A stretch of DNA of 13,893 bases from Promethearchaeota archaeon. Its GTDB lineage: Archaea > Asgardarchaeota > Lokiarchaeia > Sigyniarchaeales > SOKP01. Position 1 is the first letter of the stretch, and each line of letters opens with the position of its first letter. The stretch is from NCBI GenBank assembly GCA_019894975.1, contig JAGXNO010000070.1, positions 1 through 13,893 of the forward strand, given 5' to 3'. Of the stretch, positions 1 through 7,226 are shown piece after piece. The notes under the pieces are model-generated. The model searched no databases. It saw only the letters and a list, made by a program, of their open reading frames with translations, and was not told the origin of the DNA. Made by a program: the position numbers and the translations under genes.

Positions 1-21
1 TCAGATGTGTATAAGAGACAG
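1..21 (+). other. Nextera/Tn5 adapter remnant (library artefact, not genomic)
   Basis: 3-21 = AGATGTGTATAAGAGACAG, the exact 19-bp Tn5 mosaic end. It is preceded by TC as in the Nextera read-1 adapter (...GCGTCAGATGTGTATAAGAGACAG) and produces the spurious N-terminus MCIRDR. Confidence 0.98.
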
Positions 22-664
22 GATAAGAATTGTAGATTTTGATGTGGTTGAGCTTTCGAATTTACATAGGCAAATTCTTCATTTTAATGATGATTTAAAT
101 AAGAATAAAACTCAGAGTGCTTTTGAAAAATTACATAAATTAAATCCTGATGTTAAAATTGATATCGTAAATGAGATACTTTTACCGAGTAATATAATTA
201 AGATATTGAAAGAATCTGATTTTGTGATAGATGGTTCTGATAATATTCCTACGAAAATGCTTATCAATGATGCATGTGTTCATCTGAATATCCCCTTTAC
301 TATTGCAGGTGTAGTACGATTTAATGGTCAAATTATTACTGTCAATCCACAGGAAAAAACAGCATGTTATAGATGCGTTTTTGGCGATATATCTGAACAT
401 GAACCATCTATGTCATGTTCTCAAGCCGGAGTAATTGGACTAATTCCCGGTATCGTTGGCTCTATCCAAGCAAATGAAGCAATCAAAAGTATATTAAAAA
501 TTGGTGATTTAATAACAAATAGAATGTTATTTTTGGATTTATTAAAATACAGATTCAGCTTCATAAAAGTTTCTCGAAATGAAAATTGTTTAGCATGTGG
601 TGATGAAGCCACAAATTTAATTGAATCTCATGAGTATAATATTGGAGATGCTTGCTTTGAATGA
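22..664 (+). CDS. moeB: MoeB/ThiF/HesA-family E1-like adenylyltransferase (UbaA-like), 5'-partial
   Basis: Motifs: IVDFDVVELSNLHRQ, VIDGSDN, Zn-binding CYRC and C-terminal CLAC, active-site loop SCSQAGVIG, and GSIQANEAIK. The GxGGxG N-terminus lies outside the contig. The first genomic codon is at 23. Confidence 0.93.
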
Positions 665-920
665 AGTAATTAAAAAAGAAATTAAAGAGATTCATAAATT
701 AGATATAAGGGGAAAAATTTGTCCTATGACATTTGTTTATACTAAATTAAAATTGGAGAAAATGTCTAAAGGTCAAGTTCTTGAAGTTACCCTAGATTTT
801 CCTGCTGCTGTAAAAAATATTCCTAGTAGCTGTAAACGTCAAAACTTAGGAGAATTAGTTGAAATTAAAGAAGTTAAAGACAAGAAAAAAGAATGGATCC
901 TCAAAATCAAGAAGCTGTAA
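657..920 (+). CDS. tusA: TusA/SirA-family sulfur carrier protein
   Basis: LDIRGKICPMTFVYTKLKLEKMSKGQVLEVTLDFPAAVKNIP is the TusA signature, with CPMT in place of CPxP. The start is uncertain: TTG657 has GGAG at 644-647 upstream; ATG648 and TTG621 are alternatives. Overlaps the moeB stop. Confidence 0.9.
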   Translation: MNEVIKKEIKEIHKLDIRGKICPMTFVYTKLKLEKMSKGQVLEVTLDFPAAVKNIPSSCKRQNLGELVEIKEVKDKKKEWILKIKKL

Positions 921-929
921 ATTATAATT

Positions 930-1940
930 ATGACAAGTGATAAAACTACACATAAAAAATCAAATCTAAAGGCTTTGGGGTTAATCTCTGGAGGATTGGA
1001 TAGCCTCACTGCCTGTCTTTTAGTAAAAAAGCAAGGAATCGAAGTTATAGGCTTAAATATTACGTCTCCATTCTGCCAATATGAAATAAATTTAGACTTA
1101 TTTCGTAAAAACCTTGGGATACATGTCTATAATCTACCATTAGAAGATGATTTTTTAGATATTATTCGTAACCCTAAATTTGGGTATGGCAGGCATTTAA
1201 ATCCATGTGTCGATTGTAGAATATATATTTTAAAAAAAGCCAAAGAATTTATGAAGACTGTCAAAGCTGATATCATTTTTACTGGTGAAGTACTTGATCA
1301 ACGGCCAAAATCTCAACATTTGAAAGCACTTCACATCGTAGAAAAAGAATCAGGGCTTGAAGGAAAACTTTTAAGACCCCTATCTGCCCTTCAGTTAAAA
1401 CCAACAATTTATGAAGAAACCGGAATTGTAGATAGGTCAAAATTACTAGGTATAAAGGGAAGAAGTAGAAAGATTCAGCTTGATTTAGCCAGAAAACATG
1501 ATTTACTGCAAGAATATTATGCTGGTGGAGGGTGTTTATTAACGGATGTAAATTATTCAAATCGAATGAAAGATGCATTAAAATTCAATAATATCCGAGA
1601 AATTGAGGATATGAAGATCTTAAAATATGGTAGACATTTTCGATATAACAAGTCTAAAATTATTGTCGGTAGGAATGAATCTGAAAATGACATGCTTCTT
1701 CAACTTAAGAAACCCGATGATTTAATAATGGAAGCCCAAGATGTACCTGGTCCAATAACTATTATTCAAGGAGAAATTAATAAAGAAACATTAAATTATG
1801 CCGCTTCACTTACATTAAGGTATTCCGATTTAGAAGATTCTAAAGGAAAAATAATGTATGGAAAGGATTATCAAAATCTTAACAACGAAATTATTCCGAA
1901 ATCACAACCCGATGAAATCTTAAAAAAACACATATTGTAG
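930..1940 (+). CDS. MnmA/ThiI-like PP-loop ATPase (putative tRNA sulfurtransferase) with C-terminal NFACT-R/DUF814-like RNA-binding domain
   Basis: PP-loop SGGLDS near the N-terminus, NPCVDCR (CxxC), TGEVLDQRPKSQ, LLRPLSA and GGCLLTD. C-terminal GRHFR...IIVGRNESEN and PGP motifs. No N-terminal THUMP domain. Starts 9 bp after the tusA stop. Confidence 0.8.
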   Translation: MTSDKTTHKKSNLKALGLISGGLDSLTACLLVKKQGIEVIGLNITSPFCQYEINLDLFRKNLGIHVYNLPLEDDFLDIIRNPKFGYGRHLNPCVDCRIYILKKAKEFMKTVKADIIFTGEVLDQRPKSQHLKALHIVEKESGLEGKLLRPLSALQLKPTIYEETGIVDRSKLLGIKGRSRKIQLDLARKHDLLQEYYAGGGCLLTDVNYSNRMKDALKFNNIREIEDMKILKYGRHFRYNKSKIIVGRNESENDMLLQLKKPDDLIMEAQDVPGPITIIQGEINKETLNYAASLTLRYSDLEDSKGKIMYGKDYQNLNNEIIPKSQPDEILKKHIL

Positions 1941-2039
1941 TAGATCTTATTTAAAAGAATTTCGTTTAAAAGCCTTACAATTTATAGTTTCATTCATTAT
2001 TATTGTAATTCTTCTAATCCCATACATTTGTGTATATAA

Positions 2040-2062
2040 CTATTACGAATATAACGTAATAG
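2040..2062. promoter_or_regulatory. Perfect 8-7-8 inverted repeat, putative transcription-factor operator
   Basis: CTATTACG-AATATAA-CGTAATAG in the intergenic region upstream of the kinase. Confidence 0.45.
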
Positions 2063-2106
2063 AACAAGATATAAATAAAAATTGTAATACTAATGAAGTA
2101 CCACGC

Positions 2107-2130
2107 AATTTACGTAAATTTTTATATTTA
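2107..2130 (+). promoter_or_regulatory. 14-bp palindrome abutting a TATA-like box of the kinase gene
   Basis: AATTTACGTAAATT (2107-2120, perfect palindrome) is followed by TTTATATTTA (2121-2130), ahead of TTG2140/ATG2146. Confidence 0.4.
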
Positions 2131-2139
2131 TTTGGTGTT

Positions 2140-4656
2140 TTGTCTATGATATCTAACAGTAGGAAATTTGATATATATTCTAACTCATTTTTGCCACACC
2201 TCTTAGAAACAATTGATGGATTCTTTATAGTAATTCACCCAAAAGAGGAGTTTAAAATTGAATTTGTTAGCAATAACAAATTATTAGAAGAACTTGGTCA
2301 ATCCAAGAATAATCTTTTAGGAAAATCTTTTCTGAGTCTAATACATTCCAATGATATTGAGAAAGCAAAAGATTTCTTAATTAATAATGTGAGTTCAAAT
2401 ATTGGGATGACAGAGTTAAGATTCTTAACCTTGGGTGCAAAAGAAAAATGGTTTAAGATTTCTAAAAAGGAAGTTAAGCAAGAGTGTTTTGAAAATAAAA
2501 TGATGGTTTATATAACGGATATTTCAAAGCAGAAAGAGTTAGAATTACAACAAGGGGAGATGTCAAATGATATCGCTCTACTTAAATTAACCATGCAAGA
2601 AGTGAAAAATTCAGAAGAAAAATATAGAGACTTAGCTGAGTTTTCACCAGATATAATCTTTGAAACCGATAAAAAATTAAATCTAACTTATGTCAATGCA
2701 GTCGCATTTGAAAAATTTGGATACACACAAAAAGAAGTGAAAGAGGGATTAAATATAGCTCAGCTGATTGATCTTGAGGATAGACAAATAGCCTTTTCTA
2801 ATGTTAAAACTATCTTCGAGGGCAAAAAGACTGACCCTAATATCTATCGACTTCGTAAGAAAGATGGAACTTCCTTTTATGCCAGAATTCATTCTAGACC
2901 TGTTATTGATAATGGACAAGTAATAGGCATAAGAGGAACGGTTACAGATATAAATAATTTGATGATAGCTGAACAAAAATTAAAGGAATCAGAACAAAAA
3001 TACCGATTACTGTCAGAAAACACTGATGATTTAATCGTTGTTTATGACGAAAATCTTGGGGTAGAATATTCAAATGAAGCGACACATGAAAAAATTTTAG
3101 GATATCCTTTTAAGCAATTAAAAAACTTAGAATTTAGAATATCCTTAATGCATAGAGATGATAGTAATCTAGTAAGGAATGCTTTTCAAGAAGGTTTTCG
3201 AACTGGCAAATTCAAAAATCAAGTGAGGATTAAACATAAAGATGGTCATTATTTATGGTTCGAAACAAAAGGAAGAACTTTTACTGATAAAGAAGAAAAA
3301 ATCAAAATGTTGGCAGTTTCAAGAGATATTACTGAACTTAAGACTTCTGAAGAAAAATATCGATCTTTATTTGAAAATAATGAAATTATCGGGATAAGAG
3401 TTTGGTTAGACGATATTACTGAGAAAAAAATGTATGAGGAACTCATTTATGAGCTGAATATAAACTTCTTGAATTTTACAGCTGATATTAGAAATAACAT
3501 TGAATTATTACTTAATACTGGTCTTAAACTATTAAATGGGGATCTTATCCTATACGCCCATAAGAGTAATGCTGAAGGAGAAGATAAATATCAAATAATT
3601 ACTTCAGAGAATGAGACTTACTTATTTGATTCTAAAGAATTCAACGAACAAATATTTCTCAGCGAATTACTCATTGAAGGGCATGACTTTCCACAAACTT
3701 TTCCTGATATAGATAGAAATAGATTCTCTGAGACTGATCCAATTATTAAGAAAATCAATGCTAGAGGTGCTTTTGGGAAAGCTTTTAAATCTCAAGAAGG
3801 ATTAGATAATTTAGTATGCGTATATTATAAAGAAAACCCACAAATTTCTGGACAAGATAAATTGGTACTCCTTTTAATTTGTGACGCTATTGAAATAGAA
3901 CAGCGAAGATGGCAGGTCCAACAAGATTTAGAAAAGCAAAACCTAACACTCGATAAAATTAATAAATTAAAGACTGAATTGTTTTCTAGGACATCTCACG
4001 AGCTAAAAACACCCCTTATATCAATCAAAGGATTCACTGAGCTTTTATTAACACTTCACAAATCCAAATTGGACACAGAGACTATTTCTATTTTAGAAGA
4101 AATTAAAGATGGAAGCAAAAGGCTTGAAAAAATTGTAAATTTGCTTCTTGAAAGTACGAAATTAGAAGCAGGTCAATTAGATTTAAATAAAGCAAAAGAA
4201 GATTTGACCTTTCTCATTAACTTTTGCGTTAAAGAATTAAAAGGGCTCGCTAGATTAAGAAATCAAACGATTGTATTTGATGCTGAAGACAAAATAGAAG
4301 CATTTTTTGATAAAGAACGAATTTATGAAGTTATTTCAAATTTACTTCTTAATGCCGTTAAATATACATCACCAGGTGGAACTATTTCAATTCAGACTCA
4401 AATTAAGAATGATTCATATATAGTTTCTGTTAAGGATAATGGAATTGGCTTTATAGAAGAAGAAAAAAGTCAAGTTTTTAAACAATTCGGAAAAATTGAA
4501 AGATACGAGCAAGGTTGGGATGTTGCGATTGAGGGAACTGGTCTTGGGTTATATATTACAAAGAAACTTGTTGAACTCCATGATGGAAAAATTTGGCTTG
4601 AATCTGAAGGAAGAAACAAAGGTACTACCTTCTTCTTTTCAATACCGAAATTGTAA
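2140..4656 (+). CDS. Soluble multi-PAS / GAF sensor histidine kinase
   Basis: Three PAS/PAC repeats ending in DIS/DIN/DIT with SE(E/Q)KYR linkers, then a GAF-like region. H-box SHELKTPL, N-box NLLLNAVKY, G1 DNGIG, F-box FKQF, G2 GTGLGL. No transmembrane segments seen. The start may be ATG2146. Confidence 0.95.
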   Translation: MSMISNSRKFDIYSNSFLPHLLETIDGFFIVIHPKEEFKIEFVSNNKLLEELGQSKNNLLGKSFLSLIHSNDIEKAKDFLINNVSSNIGMTELRFLTLGAKEKWFKISKKEVKQECFENKMMVYITDISKQKELELQQGEMSNDIALLKLTMQEVKNSEEKYRDLAEFSPDIIFETDKKLNLTYVNAVAFEKFGYTQKEVKEGLNIAQLIDLEDRQIAFSNVKTIFEGKKTDPNIYRLRKKDGTSFYARIHSRPVIDNGQVIGIRGTVTDINNLMIAEQKLKESEQKYRLLSENTDDLIVVYDENLGVEYSNEATHEKILGYPFKQLKNLEFRISLMHRDDSNLVRNAFQEGFRTGKFKNQVRIKHKDGHYLWFETKGRTFTDKEEKIKMLAVSRDITELKTSEEKYRSLFENNEIIGIRVWLDDITEKKMYEELIYELNINFLNFTADIRNNIELLLNTGLKLLNGDLILYAHKSNAEGEDKYQIITSENETYLFDSKEFNEQIFLSELLIEGHDFPQTFPDIDRNRFSETDPIIKKINARGAFGKAFKSQEGLDNLVCVYYKENPQISGQDKLVLLLICDAIEIEQRRWQVQQDLEKQNLTLDKINKLKTELFSRTSHELKTPLISIKGFTELLLTLHKSKLDTETISILEEIKDGSKRLEKIVNLLLESTKLEAGQLDLNKAKEDLTFLINFCVKELKGLARLRNQTIVFDAEDKIEAFFDKERIYEVISNLLLNAVKYTSPGGTISIQTQIKNDSYIVSVKDNGIGFIEEEKSQVFKQFGKIERYEQGWDVAIEGTGLGLYITKKLVELHDGKIWLESEGRNKGTTFFFSIPKL

Positions 4657-4760
4657 GGTAGAATATATTTGTAGAAAATTAGTAAGCTATATTTTCCTAA
4701 GGATTGGACTCCTAATTTTTTATTATCTCATTAATTCTTTCTTTACTTAGTAGATTTTAG

Positions 4761-4976
4761 GTGATGATAGTGAAGAGTGATATGAATGAAAAGGAAATTG
4801 AGGATATGTCCGAAATCAAGAAATATTTCTCAAGGATCTTTACTGTAATTCCAAAAGAAATTAGAGAAAAAATAAAAACTCTAGATATACCCAAAGAAAA
4901 GAAAAAACAAATAAAGAAAGAACTTGCGTTTCTACCAAGAAAAAAGCAAGAGGAATATTTAGATGAACTAAAATAA
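4761..4976 (+). CDS. Small Lys/Glu-rich helical hypothetical protein
   Basis: 71-aa ORF with AT-rich, A-biased codons like its neighbours. SD-like AGGTGA at 4759-4764 suggests the true start is GTG4770. Confidence 0.65.
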   Translation: MMIVKSDMNEKEIEDMSEIKKYFSRIFTVIPKEIREKIKTLDIPKEKKKQIKKELAFLPRKKQEEYLDELK

Positions 4977-5143
4977 ATTCACTCAAGTACGTTCTCCTTC
5001 TATTTATATTTTATAAATTGAAATATTTCATCAAAGCTAATTTCTTATAAAGAACACCATATGGGAAATGGCCCTTGAGCACTCTTACGTTATAAAATAT
5101 GAATAATACCTTTATTAATGATTAATAATTTAAATCAAGTTAA

Positions 5144-5437
5144 AAATTTTTAGAGCAAGGTTACATATGTTTAGGTCCAGTAACACAAGCGGGATGCGGA
5201 ACAATTTGCCCAAATAAAGCAAATGCTCCTTGTCTTGGGTGCTATGGTGCTGCGACAGGAGTCGAAGATCCAGGCCTTAAATTTATAAGTACTTTAGGCT
5301 CTCTTTTTTTCGATAAAGATCCAGACGAAATTATCAACTCAATAAGGGATCCAGCAGGATTATTTAATCGTTTTACTCTCCCAGCAAGTGCATTGGGGCA
5401 TAAATATCATGATAAGTTAAATGATGAAACTTCATAG
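5144..5437 (+). pseudogene. mvhG: 5'-truncated fragment of the F420-non-reducing [NiFe] hydrogenase small subunit (MvhG/VhuG C-terminal region)
   Basis: Manual translation: KFLEQGYICLGPVTQAGCGTICPNKANAPCLGCYGAATGVEDPGLKFISTLGSLFFDKDPDEIINSIRDPAGLFNRFTLPASALGHKYHDKLNDETS*. This matches the group 3c small-subunit C-terminus. There is an in-frame TAA at 5141-5143 and no in-frame start upstream of the Cys motifs. Absent from the ORF track. Confidence 0.88.
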
Positions 5438-5499
5438 GGTTTTGAATTTCTACAATTTTGTTTTCAGAATTTTTAATATATGAAATAACTGATCATGAG

Positions 5500-5534
5500 A
5501 ATTTGTTTATTATTTATTGATAACAAATTTTTTT
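5500..5534 (+). terminator. AT-rich inverted repeat followed by a T-run (possible terminator or operator)
   Basis: AATTTGTT (5500-5507) pairs with AACAAATT (5522-5529), with a T7 run at 5528-5534, between the mvhG fragment and hdrC. Confidence 0.3.
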
Positions 5535-5609
5535 AAGAAAAATACTTTAACCATCATAGGATTAGCAATTATTAAGTTTGATCAATTACAAAAAGTAAAT
5601 ATTCTGTCT

Positions 5610-5640
5610 TATTTCGAAATACTAAACCAGTTTTTAAATA
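5610..5640 (+). promoter_or_regulatory. Putative hdrCBA promoter: 12-bp palindrome plus TATA-like box
   Basis: TATTTCGAAATA (5610-5621) and TTTTTAAATA (5631-5640), the latter 23-32 bp upstream of ATG5663. No SD sequence, consistent with a near-leaderless transcript. Confidence 0.45.
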
Positions 5641-5662
5641 AATAACGAGATTTGAATCAATA

Positions 5663-6259
5663 ATGAGCGAAAATGTGGAAAAATATCTTAAAAAAAAAGT
5701 GTATAAATCTACGAATTCAAAAATTGCTCAAAAATTTGTTGATGCAGGACTAGAGAAACTTAGAGCTTGTATTAACTGTGGAACTTGTACTGGGAGCTGC
5801 CCTTCTGGAAGGAGAACAGCTTATCGAACACGTTCAATTCTTCGTCGAGCATTGACAGGAGATGAATCTGTTTTAGCAGACATCGGTATTTGGTTCTGTA
5901 GTACTTGTTATACTTGCTATGAGAGATGTCCTCGAGACATTCCAGTAACCGATATGATCATAAAATTAAGAAATATTGCTGTCGAAGAAGGTTATATTTT
6001 AGACACCCATTTTGGTTTAGCAAATGAAGCATTTTATAAAACCGGACATGGCGTACCTGCAAATGGGGAAGCAAACCAAAAATGGAGAGACTTACGTGAA
6101 TCGTATGGTCTACCACCTTTACCTCCGACTGTTCATTCTTATCCAGAAGCAATAAAAGAATGCCAAGAACTATTGAAATCTGTGGGATTTACTGAATTAA
6201 TGGAAAATGTTAAAAAGAAAAAACAAGAAAGGGATAAAGAGAAAAAGGAGGATGAATAG
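5663..6259 (+). CDS. hdrC: CoB--CoM heterodisulfide reductase subunit C
   Basis: Two [4Fe-4S] motifs, CINCGTCTGSCPSGRRT and WFCSTCYTCYERCPR; also TGHGVP and PPTVH. First gene of hdrCBA. Confidence 0.96.
   Translation: MSENVEKYLKKKVYKSTNSKIAQKFVDAGLEKLRACINCGTCTGSCPSGRRTAYRTRSILRRALTGDESVLADIGIWFCSTCYTCYERCPRDIPVTDMIIKLRNIAVEEGYILDTHFGLANEAFYKTGHGVPANGEANQKWRDLRESYGLPPLPPTVHSYPEAIKECQELLKSVGFTELMENVKKKKQERDKEKKEDE
6247..6251 (+). promoter_or_regulatory. Shine-Dalgarno site for hdrB
   Basis: GGAGG separated by 10 nt from ATG6262. Confidence 0.6.
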
Positions 6260-6261
6260 AA

Positions 6262-7224
6262 ATGGTTGAAGGAGAGACTCGGAAATATGGTTTATTTTTA
6301 GGGTGTGTCATCCCAAATAGATATCCTTTTATTGAATCCTCAATTCGAAATGTTTTTGATCACTTAGATATAGATCTTATTGACCTTCCTGGTGCTTCTT
6401 GTTGTCCTGCACCAGGAGTTTTTCGTGCTTTCCATATCCCTTCATGGCTAGTAATTGCTGCTCGAAATATCTCAATTGCAGAGGAGCTTGGGGTGGATAT
6501 AGTGACTGGCTGTAACGGATGTTTTGGTACATTAAGAGATTCTTGGATTGAGCTCCAACATGATTATGATCTAAAAAAAGAGATAAATGAACATCTTTCC
6601 AAGGTTGGTAGATCGTTCAAAGGAACTTCAGAGCCAAAGCATATTGCCCAAGTTTTATACCAAGATCTAGGATTAGACTTCATTAAAGATCATATAAAAC
6701 ATAAATTTTCTAATTTAAATGTAGCAATTCATTATGGTTGTCATATTGCCAAACCTTCTGACAAAAGACCTTGGGGAGGTGAATGTGAAGATCCTCGATT
6801 TCTCGACGAAATTATTGAATTAACCGGTGCAAAAAGCGTCGAATACAAGGATAAAATGCTCTGTTGTGGTGCTGGGGGCTCTGTAAGAAGTGCGATTAAA
6901 GAAGTTTCTTTGGATTTTACGCGTGAGAAATTAGGTAACATGAAAGACGCTGGAGCTGATGCTGTTATAACAGCTTGTCCATTTTGCCACCTTCAGTTAG
7001 ATTTAGGGCAATTTGAGGTAAATAATGTCTTTAAAGAGGAGATTGGCGAACCTTTCAAAATTCCTGTAATCTATTTGACTCAACTTCTCGGGTTGGCAAT
7101 GGGAATCGATCCAAATCTATTAGGGTTAGTAAAGAATCATGATTTAGGTGGTGTTCCACCATTCATTTCAATTGAACCATTCCTCAATATTGTGAAGGAG
7201 CAATTAATAATGGAGGTAAAATAA
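6262..7224 (+). CDS. hdrB: CoB--CoM heterodisulfide reductase subunit B
   Basis: Two complete CCG domains: FLGCVIP...SCCPAPG...GCNGC and HYGCH...LCCGAGG...ACPFCHLQLD. Confidence 0.97.
   Translation: MVEGETRKYGLFLGCVIPNRYPFIESSIRNVFDHLDIDLIDLPGASCCPAPGVFRAFHIPSWLVIAARNISIAEELGVDIVTGCNGCFGTLRDSWIELQHDYDLKKEINEHLSKVGRSFKGTSEPKHIAQVLYQDLGLDFIKDHIKHKFSNLNVAIHYGCHIAKPSDKRPWGGECEDPRFLDEIIELTGAKSVEYKDKMLCCGAGGSVRSAIKEVSLDFTREKLGNMKDAGADAVITACPFCHLQLDLGQFEVNNVFKEEIGEPFKIPVIYLTQLLGLAMGIDPNLLGLVKNHDLGGVPPFISIEPFLNIVKEQLIMEVK
7212..7217 (+). promoter_or_regulatory. Shine-Dalgarno site for hdrA
   Basis: GGAGGT separated by 9 nt from TTG7227, supporting the TTG start. Confidence 0.65.
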
Positions 7225-7226
7225 GA

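Noticed and set aside
3-21. Tn5/IS50 end as evidence of a natural transposon
   Set aside because: It is the synthetic mosaic end at the contig edge, with no transposase or partner end.
5-22. ATG at 5 as the moeB start (MCIRDR)
   Set aside because: It is encoded by the Nextera adapter; the gene is 5'-partial.
5061-5153. ATG-initiated frame with two in-frame TGA codons (MGNGP*ALLRYKI*IIPLLMINN...) as a VhuU-like selenopeptide
   Set aside because: It lacks the RAYDPUxxCxxH motif of VhuU and any VhuD similarity, and no convincing SECIS was found nearby.
5438-5560. SECIS-like element downstream of the mvhG fragment
   Set aside because: The hairpin is AT-only, lacks a properly placed AUGA/GA kink-turn core, and there is no Sec-containing gene in the window.
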